Positions 20,969 through 30,383 of a DNA stretch of 64,000 nt are shown piece after piece. Positions within the stretch are counted from its first letter, which is position 1. The number at the start of each line of letters is the position of its first letter. The notes below the pieces were generated by a model. It was given only the letters and a program-made list of their open reading frames with translations. It was not told the origin of the DNA and did not search any database. Source of the stretch: Candidatus Saccharimonadota bacterium (GTDB taxonomy: Bacteria > Patescibacteriota > Saccharimonadia > Saccharimonadales > Saccharimonadaceae); NCBI GenBank assembly GCA_017545585.1, contig JAFWMK010000017.1:7323-71322 (forward strand), read 5' to 3'. The translations under genes and the position numbers were made by a program.

Positions 20969-21583
20969 TTATTTCTGCGAAAACTCGTACAGCTTATTGA
21001 CGATATCCTCAAACACTTCTTCTCGCGACTGATCCCCATTCACATTCACCAAAAGTCCAAGCGCTTTATAATGTTCTAGCACTGGCATAGTTTTCTCTCT
21101 AAATTCATCAAGCCGGACCTGAAATACGTTTAAATCTTTATCGTCCTGCCTCTCACCTCGATCATTCAAAAACTGTAACTTTTGAAACCTCGCTAATACG
21201 TCAGCCTCGGAAATATTTAAAAGTACTGCAGCTTTAATTGGATGCCCAGTTCTCTCTGCTGTTTCCATTACAGTATCTTCCTCACCAAACCATCGCCCAA
21301 TCGAAGACAAGACAAGTGGCGAATCCTTCAGGTCGCTTCTTTCAAAATACGGCAACACCCACTCATAAAAAATGTCCGTCGGAATCAAATTACCTTTATC
21401 GGTCAATTTCTTATGTTGCTCCGCCTCATTTGCACGAATAATAATACCCGAAGAAAGCAGCTTTCCTCCCAACGCCTCCGCAAGTTTTACCCCCTGAGTA
21501 TCCTTTCCGCTCATTGGAAAGCCAAATATATTGATCGACCCCGTCCCGAGCCATTTTCGAATAGCCTCAATTTTCTCTTCCAT
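20969..21583 (-). CDS. adk: Adenylate/nucleoside monophosphate kinase
   Basis: GFPMSGKDTQ P-loop, GNLIP, RQDD short lid. Confidence 0.8.
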   Translation of the reverse strand: MEEKIEAIRKWLGTGSINIFGFPMSGKDTQGVKLAEALGGKLLSSGIIIRANEAEQHKKLTDKGNLIPTDIFYEWVLPYFERSDLKDSPLVLSSIGRWFGEEDTVMETAERTGHPIKAAVLLNISEADVLARFQKLQFLNDRGERQDDKDLNVFQVRLDEFREKTMPVLEHYKALGLLVNVNGDQSREEVFEDIVNKLYEFSQK

Positions 21584-21611
21584 ACCCTAATTATATCACT
21601 TTTCAATAGTT

Positions 21612-22484
21612 TTATAGATTATTAGAACCGGAATCACCATCACCCAAATCGCCTTTTTGTTCCCTCTCCATTTTCGCTCGTACCTCTTTTTCAATCATTT
21701 CTCTGCGCACTTTTTCTTCAATCTCCGCTCGAAGTTCTTCGTCGGTTTTTGACACTACCGGCTGAGAAACCGATGCAGCACCAGGCGCACCATTAACCGC
21801 CACTTGCTTGTTCCTATTGGTTCTTGAAATTATCCATGCCGCTAATGCTGTCACCACAAAAGCAAACCCCATAAACCCAGACAACATTCCCAAATTACTT
21901 GGCACCTCCACAATAAATACCGCCACAACCGCAAACAACGAACAATATGTTTCACACGCCACAGAAGTAATTTTTAATGGTTTTACCACTTTGACAGTTT
22001 CTTTGATACTAAGAACGTTAGAAAGCCAAAAACCAGCCCCCGCAAGCGATGTAAAAACAGAAGCAATTTTAAGAGCAATCGACGGTCCACTAACTGCCAT
22101 AAGCTCGCAAGATGTATTCCATTTTCCAGATGGACAATAGGCGGGTTCAGTAAAAAACTCCATGACCGGCACTACTTCCCATATCAAAAGTACTCCTAGT
22201 ATTGCAGCCACAATACCACTAATTAGCCCCGCCAAAGCTAAAATTTGCACTAATTTAGTACCTTTTTCCATCCGGATAAAATTATTTACCCCTACAAAGA
22301 GTACCAACGTAAAAATTGATATAGTTGCAATAAATTTACCAAATACTATATCGTAATTATTTGCAAGGATTAAAAATGCCCCCATCACAAAAATCCCGAT
22401 AAGTAGGCAAACCGCCGCCCAAAGAAAACCTTTTTTAATTTTACCAATTGTAATAAGCGTTGATTCTTTAAATATTCCGTTCAT
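21612..22484 (-). CDS. Hypothetical multi-pass membrane protein
   Basis: About 6 TM helices, charged C-terminal coil. Confidence 0.8.
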   Translation of the reverse strand: MNGIFKESTLITIGKIKKGFLWAAVCLLIGIFVMGAFLILANNYDIVFGKFIATISIFTLVLFVGVNNFIRMEKGTKLVQILALAGLISGIVAAILGVLLIWEVVPVMEFFTEPAYCPSGKWNTSCELMAVSGPSIALKIASVFTSLAGAGFWLSNVLSIKETVKVVKPLKITSVACETYCSLFAVVAVFIVEVPSNLGMLSGFMGFAFVVTALAAWIISRTNRNKQVAVNGAPGAASVSQPVVSKTDEELRAEIEEKVRREMIEKEVRAKMEREQKGDLGDGDSGSNNL

Positions 22485-22491
22485 GCTTTTA

Positions 22492-23880
22492 TTATATCAC
22501 TTTTCTCACTACCCTCATAATTTCGTGCCGAAATTCATAAACAATATACACCAACCCTACCCCTAGCACCCCCAATACCAAATATAGCGCTACAAAGGAC
22601 GAGTCCTCTTTATAAGTTTCTGGTACCAAAGTATAGTCTGCCCCATCATTCTCTACGATTTTTTTACATCTTCCCGTCTCCGGATTGCGATAATATCCCT
22701 CTTTACATTCTTTCACCAAATCAGAATCATCATCTTTTTTGCACCTCCCAGTCAAAATATTCAAATGTTGCCCCGGCCCACAAATTTTCTCAGCAAGTGT
22801 AGTCATTTTCACACAATTCCCCGTCGCTTCATTCAAAACCTTCCCCTCCTCACAGGTTCGAAATTCTTGGTAATTATTTGCCTCGCCCGGCGTCGGCGCA
22901 TAAGTCGTCTTCCAAATCTCCAAACCAGAGCTATCATATCCAACAAAAGCATAAGAAGTCCCTTTTCTTTGTCCATTAAAATATTCTAGCCGATCAAGCA
23001 CCTCGCCGTTAGCATCAATCAGCTCCAATACATTCGAAGTACTCGGATTTTTTGTTAATTTAAAATCTGAAGCTAACCTCACAAAATATTCTTCCGGCTT
23101 CACCATGCCAGACAGTGGATATGATTTATTTTTATATCTAAGAGAGCATCCATCCAAAAACACGCTTTCTGTACTTCCGTTATATAGCTCCACGAATTGC
23201 TCGCTCTGAGAATTTTCATAATAGCTTAAAATTTCCGAAAATGCCATACCGCGACATTTTGACGCCACTATGTCGCCAGAATCATCGGAGCTAGAATCGT
23301 CATCACCCGAAGAATCATTCTCCTTCAGCACACCATTAGAAGCAGGTTCATAATTAGACACATGTTCAAAATCCCCCGTTTCTGTATTTCTCACTAGCGT
23401 AGTTGGTTTACTAGAAGAAAAAGCGTTGTAACATCCATCTTTCCCCGTCCAACACACCGAATCTATCATCTCGCCATTATAAAACAGTTTCAAAGGCCCT
23501 GCCTTAAAAGCCAATGTTTTACTATACACAACCTGGGCCAGCTCGCTACCGGGCGAACTGGCCAAATGGAGTTGGATAGTCTCGCCAGCCATCCAAATGT
23601 ACTTGGAAAGATCCGCCAAGATAGCCTCATTTCCACTCGAATTAGTATAGCCGATTGTTAGGCCAGCGAGCGACTCCATTTCGTCGGAATTTCTGCCAAT
23701 CTCAATCATTTCTCCGACATTTTGCACTGAATCCACCGTATATCCCGGGTTTATAGCTTTGATATAAAATTTTGGTAAACCCTCATCTATCGCAAAAACC
23801 CTATCGTTCCAAAATCCGCCCAAAATCCCAGCACACACACCACCCAGTATAATTGCAAAAAATAATAAAAATTTTTTCAT
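22492..23880 (-). CDS. Lamin-tail-domain surface protein with 3 CxxGxxxNxxTGxC repeats
   Basis: Signal peptide, SEIL...EQFVELYN...TPGEAN LTD motif, Cys repeats, C-terminal TM. Confidence 0.8.
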   Translation of the reverse strand: MKKFLLFFAIILGGVCAGILGGFWNDRVFAIDEGLPKFYIKAINPGYTVDSVQNVGEMIEIGRNSDEMESLAGLTIGYTNSSGNEAILADLSKYIWMAGETIQLHLASSPGSELAQVVYSKTLAFKAGPLKLFYNGEMIDSVCWTGKDGCYNAFSSSKPTTLVRNTETGDFEHVSNYEPASNGVLKENDSSGDDDSSSDDSGDIVASKCRGMAFSEILSYYENSQSEQFVELYNGSTESVFLDGCSLRYKNKSYPLSGMVKPEEYFVRLASDFKLTKNPSTSNVLELIDANGEVLDRLEYFNGQRKGTSYAFVGYDSSGLEIWKTTYAPTPGEANNYQEFRTCEEGKVLNEATGNCVKMTTLAEKICGPGQHLNILTGRCKKDDDSDLVKECKEGYYRNPETGRCKKIVENDGADYTLVPETYKEDSSFVALYLVLGVLGVGLVYIVYEFRHEIMRVVRKVI

Positions 23881-23939
23881 GCCGTTACACTAGCATACCA
23901 CTACTAGAAAATCAACCCCCCACGTGCTATAATTAAAAC

Positions 23940-24647
23940 ATGAGCGTTTTCATCTCTTTAGGAATTATTTTAGCGGCTATGCTTATTCAAGCTTTTTTGC
24001 AGCTCACACCCAGCGTTTTTACGATTTTTTATCATTACGCTCTTGGTAAAACTTCCAAGAAAAAAGCTGACGATCAATCCTTGTCTTTCATTCTCGGCGT
24101 AGAAATTTTTATCGCCATCACTTTTCTTATCACCTACATCATTATTGCTTTTTTCATCGCCGAAAAAGATTTTATGAATTCAATTTTTCTATGGATTTTA
24201 TCCGGTATTTTCTTCGCCGAAGGTATTTTTATCCTCTGCTGCTATTTCAAAAACGGCAAAAAATCCAAAAGCACCACCAAACTTTTTATCCCTCGTTCAA
24301 TTGCTAAGAGTTTTATCTTCCGTGTTGAACACGCCAAGAACCGCTCTGACACCATTGCACTCGGCTTTATCACCGCCGCTTCAGAACTGTTATTCATCCT
24401 CCCGCTCTTCATTATCTCATCCATCCAAATTTTTAAACTTTCCCGCAATTCCGGTTTTATTTTTATTATCGCTTATATTATTATTGCCACTCTTCCGCTT
24501 TTTGCCATCCGCACCGCCTATCGCACTGATCATAATTTCGCCGAAATCCAACGCTTCCGCGTCAAAAGAAAACTATTCTTCCGTCTCATTCTTTCCTTAG
24601 GCTTTATCGCTATTTCAATTTTAACTTTTATATCAGGAGTAATTTAA
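23940..24647 (+). CDS. Hypothetical multi-pass membrane protein
   Basis: 6 TM helices; translationally coupled to the next gene. Confidence 0.8.
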   Translation: MSVFISLGIILAAMLIQAFLQLTPSVFTIFYHYALGKTSKKKADDQSLSFILGVEIFIAITFLITYIIIAFFIAEKDFMNSIFLWILSGIFFAEGIFILCCYFKNGKKSKSTTKLFIPRSIAKSFIFRVEHAKNRSDTIALGFITAASELLFILPLFIISSIQIFKLSRNSGFIFIIAYIIIATLPLFAIRTAYRTDHNFAEIQRFRVKRKLFFRLILSLGFIAISILTFISGVI

Positions 24648-24889
24648 TGTTAGAGGAAAAACTTTTAAAATCTACTGTTGCTAACCTCAAAATTCACGCC
24701 AAAGCCCTGGATATTCCTGCCGGCTCCGCCGAAGAATTTATCAAAAAGTCTCTCAAAGCCACCGAAAAAGTTCTCAAAAACCGCAAGGTTATTACCGAAG
24801 CAGACTTCAAACGTACTCTCATAAAAGAACTCAAGAAGTATCATCAAGATTTAGCTTATACTTATGAAAATTATGATAAAATAATATAG
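24647..24889 (+). CDS. Small ATP-cone-like hypothetical protein
   Basis: 80 aa; ...VLKNRKVITEADFKRTLIKEL...LAYTYENY resembles ATP-cone helices. Confidence 0.55.
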   Translation: MLEEKLLKSTVANLKIHAKALDIPAGSAEEFIKKSLKATEKVLKNRKVITEADFKRTLIKELKKYHQDLAYTYENYDKII

Positions 24890-24891
24890 AG

Positions 24892-26259
24892 ATGAGTAAT
24901 AAATACGATTTTGACTATATTATAATCGGTAGCGGCCCTGCTGGACGTACCGTTGCCACCAAATTAGCATCCAACAAGAAAAAGGTTGCCATCGTAGAGG
25001 CTGACGATTTTGGCGGCGCCGAACTAAACACCCGCGACTTACCATACGAAATCAGTCTTAATTTTGTTCGTAGTTTTAGTAAATTCGTTTCTTCTCCAGC
25101 CGCTGCCGGCAGTTCTCCGCACTTCAATCTACCTACTTTGATTGCCACCCGCAATCAACAAATTACCGACCTCAGAAATCTTTACATCAAAAATTTCCAA
25201 GAACTCGGCATTGCTATTTTCAACGGTTTTGCCCATTTCTTAGACAATCACACCATTGCTATAGAAGACGCCGAATATACCGCCGACAGATTTATCCTAG
25301 CTTCTGGCAGCGATCTCAAAGCCAGCGAAATCTCCGGCCTAGATTCAGTCGATTTTCTCACTCCAGACGACGCCCTAAATATTCATAGACTACCAAAATT
25401 CATCTTTATTGCCGGAGGTGGTCCTACTGGTGTTCAGCTCGCCGAATATTTTGCTCTTCTCGGTTGCGGAGTTATTATTATGGAGCGTGGTTCTCACTTG
25501 CTTCCAAAAGAAGATGAAGAAGTCGGCGCTGCTATTTCTAAGTATTTCACCGAAGTCCTCGGTATCACTGTCATTACAGATTCCAAAGTTGTCGCTATCA
25601 CCGAAGATTATACTTCCAAAATTGTCGTATTTATGGATGGCACCAACGAAAAAATGGTCCGCGTAGAGTCTATCGTCCTCGCCACCGGTTCCGAACCCAT
25701 CACCGATTACGGCCTCGAAAACGCCGGTGTAGATTTCAAACGCACTGGTATTATAGTAGACAAATATTTCAATACCACAGCCAAAAACATTTCCGCCGTC
25801 GGCGACTGTATAAATGACAGTGATTCATCTAGTGAACGCGCCTGCCTTGAAGCCAATATCCTAGCAAACAACCTCATTCATCGTCAAAAATTTTCCGCCA
25901 AATATACCGGCATTATCAGAAGCATCAATACTCACCCAGAAATCGCTACCGTAGGCATGAACGAATACGACGCCACCGCACGCGACCTCAAATACAAAAA
26001 ATCTATCGTCTATCTAAAAGATATTCCTAGTGTATCTCATGCCGCCTCCCCATATGATTTTGTCAAAATTCTTGCAAGTAGCGACGGCCATCTTATCGGC
26101 GCCACTATCGTTGCGCCAAATGCAAAATCCATTATACAAGAATTAGCCCTCATTCTCGTTCGCCGGCTCAATTTAGAATCCATTTTAGAAACTCCTCACC
26201 CTCTAGACACACCAGCCGCCGCCATCCCTGTCGCAGTGAGAAAGCTATTGACAAAATAG
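24892..26259 (+). CDS. Pyridine nucleotide-disulfide oxidoreductase (Lpd/MerA-like) lacking redox cysteines
   Basis: GSGPAG, GGGPTG, ATG, AVGD, dimerisation domain; GGAELNTRDLP replaces GGTCLNxGCxP. Confidence 0.85.
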   Translation: MSNKYDFDYIIIGSGPAGRTVATKLASNKKKVAIVEADDFGGAELNTRDLPYEISLNFVRSFSKFVSSPAAAGSSPHFNLPTLIATRNQQITDLRNLYIKNFQELGIAIFNGFAHFLDNHTIAIEDAEYTADRFILASGSDLKASEISGLDSVDFLTPDDALNIHRLPKFIFIAGGGPTGVQLAEYFALLGCGVIIMERGSHLLPKEDEEVGAAISKYFTEVLGITVITDSKVVAITEDYTSKIVVFMDGTNEKMVRVESIVLATGSEPITDYGLENAGVDFKRTGIIVDKYFNTTAKNISAVGDCINDSDSSSERACLEANILANNLIHRQKFSAKYTGIIRSINTHPEIATVGMNEYDATARDLKYKKSIVYLKDIPSVSHAASPYDFVKILASSDGHLIGATIVAPNAKSIIQELALILVRRLNLESILETPHPLDTPAAAIPVAVRKLLTK

Positions 26260-26290
26260 CCCATCTGCGCTATAATACAAAAGAGGTTGC

Positions 26291-26318
26291 ATCGTGGGGT
26301 AAAGCAGCCTGGTAGCTC
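26291..26318 (+). repeat. Duplicate of tRNA-fMet 5' end (acceptor 5' strand + D arm)
   Basis: 27/28 identical to 26382-26409. Confidence 0.88.
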
Positions 26319-26383
26319 CGAGTTGTGACGGCTCATGAGCCAATATGACAAAACAGGAGCAGCTAGCAAGCTTAGTAACATAT

Positions 26384-26460
26384 CGTGGGGTAGAGCAGCC
26401 TGGTAGCTCGTTTGGCTCATAACCAAAAGGTCGTTGGTTCAAATCCAACCCCCACAACCA
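26384..26460 (+). tRNA. Initiator tRNA-fMet(CAT)
   Basis: C1xA72 mismatch, A11:U24, TTTGG-CTCATAA-CCAAA arm, CCA. Confidence 0.93.
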
Positions 26461-26498
26461 AATCAAATCCCAGCGCCCTGAAGGATTAAATTCAAGGC

Positions 26499-26542
26499 AA
26501 AAATCAGGCTAGATTACCCCCCTAATCTAGCCTGATTTTTTT
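26499..26542. terminator. Bidirectional terminator
   Basis: AAAAATCAGGCTAGATTA-CCCCCC-TAATCTAGCCTGATTTTT. Confidence 0.85.
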
Positions 26543-26552
26543 GTGTCAAATT

Positions 26553-27893
26553 CTAGAAGTAAAAACAGCCCGGACCACCACAGCCTTCCTTCTTCTCATA
26601 ATACACCGTCATATTTTTCTTCACTGGATCACCTCCCAATATTTCTAACGCATAATACGGATACCCAGAAGCGTAGGTTGTATCAGAAGTTTCAAGCCTT
26701 GTCTCCACTCTCCTAAACAAATCGTTCGCTCGACCCGTCGAATCAATCGAAATCTGAGTATTTTTAAGCATCCCCGGCGCTTCAGCATCTATAGAGCCAT
26801 CCGCTCTGCCACAAGAATCGTCATCCCCATCACAATATAGTGTAATCGAAAAATCCGTATCTGGTTGTTGATATGGAAGCGATACCGAAATCATAAAAGT
26901 TTCGTTACTCCTATCCCCACCACCAATTGGCTTTGGCAGTTCAATCGTTGCTCTACAATAAAAACCGTCTGTAGTGTCTTCTGGACATTTTATTGTATAT
27001 GGCTTATTCATCTGAGTTCTATCATTCGTTTTTACTACGTCTGGAGGCGATATAGTATTATTGCTCGTACGATTATTATAATTACTATTATCATCACCGT
27101 CGCTTACAAGCCCTTCTGTCGGCACCAAATATAGCGTAGCACGATTAGTTTGATTATCACCTACTTTATCAAAATCATCCAAATTAAAAGTTGGCCACCC
27201 AGTCTGCAAAATTTGCACCTCAAGCGTCGGCGGCAAAGACACACCAGAGGGATTTTGTCCAATCTTACCAAACACGACTTTGCTACTATCAAAGTTACTC
27301 CAAGTCAATCTTTTTCTTTCTTTCAAATCATTTCTTACTGCATACCAAGCAATTTTTATTTTATTCACTTTATTAGTATCCCTATCCCCTACCGCAGCTC
27401 TAATAGTCTGCACTTTATTATTGACTCCTAGTGTAGCACGATAATCTTCCACTTCTGTATCTATCTTTACACAAGTGTAAGCCTGATTAGTCGTAGTTAC
27501 TCCTCCTGGATCACTAGTAGCAGTTCCCCCAAGTTCCACCTCTTTTTCTTCTGTTTTACCAACCTTTCCTAAAATCCGCGCCACCGTATAACAACTATCT
27601 GGCTCCTTCTCCACCCAATACAAAACATCTGCGCAGGTAATAGGGCCAGCACCCTCAGGCTTGGTCGATGCGACTAATGCTCTCGCTTCCTTACATCTTC
27701 TGTAATTAGAATACGCCACTTTTGCATCTTCCACCCCAGCAAGCGCCGAATCATATGCCGACTGTGAAAGATCGTCATTCATCGAACGCGTAATTTCCGA
27801 CATTATTACCATCGCAAAGCTCGTAGCAATTACCATCAATATTAATGTCGAAAACGCCACAATATAAAACGATGCTGCACCTTTTTTCATCAT
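26553..27893 (-). CDS. PilX-like minor pilin
   Basis: KKG^AASF + hydrophobic helix, AYDSALAGVEDA, IDSTGRA. Confidence 0.8.
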   Translation of the reverse strand: MMKKGAASFYIVAFSTLILMVIATSFAMVIMSEITRSMNDDLSQSAYDSALAGVEDAKVAYSNYRRCKEARALVASTKPEGAGPITCADVLYWVEKEPDSCYTVARILGKVGKTEEKEVELGGTATSDPGGVTTTNQAYTCVKIDTEVEDYRATLGVNNKVQTIRAAVGDRDTNKVNKIKIAWYAVRNDLKERKRLTWSNFDSSKVVFGKIGQNPSGVSLPPTLEVQILQTGWPTFNLDDFDKVGDNQTNRATLYLVPTEGLVSDGDDNSNYNNRTSNNTISPPDVVKTNDRTQMNKPYTIKCPEDTTDGFYCRATIELPKPIGGGDRSNETFMISVSLPYQQPDTDFSITLYCDGDDDSCGRADGSIDAEAPGMLKNTQISIDSTGRANDLFRRVETRLETSDTTYASGYPYYALEILGGDPVKKNMTVYYEKKEGCGGPGCFYF

Positions 27894-28867
27894 TCTCCTC
27901 CAGCCTGCACGGCAAAATTAAATTTATTTATCGCGCAATAATCAAGTTCAGAATCATATTCAGAAGGCGGTTTACAATTATTCCCTACCTGAGTAATATT
28001 AATTCCACCTCTCTTAGTTCCCAAAATAAACGACGCCGCATAGAATATGTTTCGCCTTGTCGCACTTTCAGCCGGCGGCGAAACATAAAAATCATATAAT
28101 ACCAAATCGTTCGCATCCTTTTGGTCCAACAAATCTATTCCCTTTTCCTCATTCGCGTTCTCAGAAAGCAAAAAATTACTATTTATCTTTTTGTTATCAT
28201 ATGATTCTCTCTTTATATATTTGCTAGAACCAGTATCTTTTTGATTTTCCATCGCATTTACGCAAACCGATCTTTCGTCATCGTATACTTTTAGTAACCT
28301 AAAATTTTCAGCTAGTATAGTGTCTCCATCAGATTCCGCGCCAGCCGATTCCTCTATCCATCCTGAGTCATCTCCAAATCCTAGTGACACCGACAAGCCA
28401 GGAGTAGGATTTTTTGTATATACCTTAGGTCTCGCCACACCGGTCTCATCGATTTTACCCTGGTCAAAATACCCCGAAACCCACAAATACGTATACGTCC
28501 CCGTACAAAAAGCTCCATATACAGGCACATTGCCACCGACGCCATCCACTGTCGCTTCTTTCGTCACCGAAATAAAACTATATGCACTATCGCCAATACA
28601 TTTTTGATAATCACTAGTGGATTCATCTTTTTTTTCATAATACATCTCACACATCCTCGTCACCGGATCCGATGTCGCATACTGCACCGAAGAACGCATA
28701 TCATCTATCAGGTCCATCCCCACCGTATTTACCTGATTCAATATTACTCCTCTTCTATATGACGCCATCGTGTTTTGGATTAGAAGCACCACCGTGAGAG
28801 ACAAAATCGCAATAAAAACCAAAGATAGCGACAATTCAATCAAAGTAAACCCTCCACGTTTCTTCAT
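27890..28867 (-). CDS. Type IV prepilin-like protein (PilW-like)
   Basis: KRGG^FTLIEL N-methylation motif. Confidence 0.88.
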   Translation of the reverse strand: MKKRGGFTLIELSLSLVFIAILSLTVVLLIQNTMASYRRGVILNQVNTVGMDLIDDMRSSVQYATSDPVTRMCEMYYEKKDESTSDYQKCIGDSAYSFISVTKEATVDGVGGNVPVYGAFCTGTYTYLWVSGYFDQGKIDETGVARPKVYTKNPTPGLSVSLGFGDDSGWIEESAGAESDGDTILAENFRLLKVYDDERSVCVNAMENQKDTGSSKYIKRESYDNKKINSNFLLSENANEEKGIDLLDQKDANDLVLYDFYVSPPAESATRRNIFYAASFILGTKRGGINITQVGNNCKPPSEYDSELDYCAINKFNFAVQAGGE

Positions 28868-28905
28868 ATTTCTATTATAGCATAAGTAAAATCTATTTGT
28901 ACATT

Positions 28906-29757
28906 TCATCGATAGCACCTATTACCATCTTTGTTACTGTCACTCGATTTATCGTCTAAATCAATTAATTTTACCGACGAAGCGTTTCTTGCATTATTAG
29001 CAATTCTAATATCTTGCCGCGGCACCATACCTGCAGAAACTTTTAGTCCATTTGGATTCACACAAAAGTCCGTCTCACTAGTCTCAAACTTTCCTTCATT
29101 AAGCGGAATGGTCAAAATAGAGGTCAAATCACTAGGGCGTATAGACCCATCACTACCAAGCATGTTATGATATTCTTCATTTACCTGAATCACTTCCTTT
29201 GACACCAAAGTGTTTATCGTACCAAATTTCGGATGTTTTACCACCAATATAGTTCCTATAAAAATTTCACCTCCAGTATCCTCAATCGCCGCCCCCCACC
29301 TTGGTTCATATTTTTCTGGATCCGCCATTAAAGCTCCAGTTATATTTGCACCGTCGTATCGAAAGATAAACGGACTCACCCCCTGTTCCTTTAGTGACTT
29401 GATTACACCGCCCTCACTAGATTTAGTTTCTGCCTTCCCTATCAAATCATACACAAAGACCGGCGTTGCACTGCCTTCAGAATAGTCAATTTTTTCTCCT
29501 TGTAAATCTTTGTTCTCACCAAACACCACCATCTTTCCATAAATCGCTTGTTCGCTATTTCCAGCGCCCTGACCTTGTGGATTCGACACCTTAGAATAAA
29601 TACTCCGCATAAACTCCAAAAAATTCTGCACCGAATCATTGCGCCTCTGCTGATAGATCGCATTATTCATTCCTAATGCAATTCCAATAAAAAGCGCTGC
29701 CGTCACTGCCAAAAAAAGCGTTACCTCAATCAACGTGAAACCCTTACGCTTATCCAT
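28906..29757 (-). CDS. Type IV prepilin-like protein
   Basis: RKG^FTLIEV motif. Confidence 0.88.
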   Translation of the reverse strand: MDKRKGFTLIEVTLFLAVTAALFIGIALGMNNAIYQQRRNDSVQNFLEFMRSIYSKVSNPQGQGAGNSEQAIYGKMVVFGENKDLQGEKIDYSEGSATPVFVYDLIGKAETKSSEGGVIKSLKEQGVSPFIFRYDGANITGALMADPEKYEPRWGAAIEDTGGEIFIGTILVVKHPKFGTINTLVSKEVIQVNEEYHNMLGSDGSIRPSDLTSILTIPLNEGKFETSETDFCVNPNGLKVSAGMVPRQDIRIANNARNASSVKLIDLDDKSSDSNKDGNRCYR

Positions 29758-29865
29758 ACCTATATTATATCATATGGTCTATTTTTTTGCTTCGCAAAAA
29801 AAGACCACCGGGCGTCACCTCAAAAAATCTCAAATAAATTTGAGATTTTTATTCGGTTCCTACGG

Positions 29866-29942
29866 TGGTCGGGGTACTTGGATTCGAACCAAGGACACTG
29901 CGTGTATAAGACGCATGCTCTAACCAACTGAGCTATACCCCG
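29866..29942 (-). tRNA. tRNA-Ile(TAT)
   Basis: CGGGGTA/TACCCCG acceptor, TGCGT-CTTATAC-ACGCA arm (anticodon TAT), A73, CCA. Confidence 0.9.
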
Positions 29943-29979
29943 AATAGTTATCTACCTCATTATACCACAAATTTCATAA

Positions 29980-30068
29980 CAAAAATCGCACAGATTGCTG
30001 TTTTCTCGCTCCGACGCACTATTATACATAGAGCGAGGAGCGAAAAACAGTGAGATGTGCGATTTTTG
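29980..30068. repeat. Long imperfect palindrome (~89 nt)
   Basis: CAAAAATCGCACA...CTGTTTTCTCGCTCC / GGAGCGAAAAACAG...TGTGCGATTTTTG. Confidence 0.75.
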
Positions 30069-30080
30069 CACGAAATTTAA

Positions 30081-30284
30081 TTATTTCTTCTTGAGAGTAA
30101 GGAACCCATTGCGTGGATTCTCGCAAACCATACGATCAGCAGGAAGGTCACAAGGAGTACCTTTGCCACCATTTGCATCCTTAGTGAAGAAATAGATTGT
30201 TTGTTGTTTGCCACCGCGAAGAGTAACTTCTGATTTATGTAGATAGTATTTCACACCTTTACCGTTGGTATGTTCGTAAGCCAT
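30081..30284 (-). CDS. Small basic hypothetical protein
   Basis: 67 aa, strong AAGGAGG RBS; YYLHK...IYFF...NPRNGFLTLKK. Confidence 0.85.
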   Translation of the reverse strand: MAYEHTNGKGVKYYLHKSEVTLRGGKQQTIYFFTKDANGGKGTPCDLPADRMVCENPRNGFLTLKKK

Positions 30285-30383
30285 TCTAGCTTCCTCCTTA
30301 AGTTATTTTATATTCTTATCTTATATCTAGAGACAAAAGAAGTCAAGAGGTTTTTACTATTTTTCATCAAATTTTCACTATTT

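Noticed and set aside
29866-29942. tRNA-Val(TAC) reading of this tRNA
   Set aside because: The 5-bp stem TGCGT/ACGCA fixes the 7-nt loop CTTATAC, centring TAT rather than TAC.
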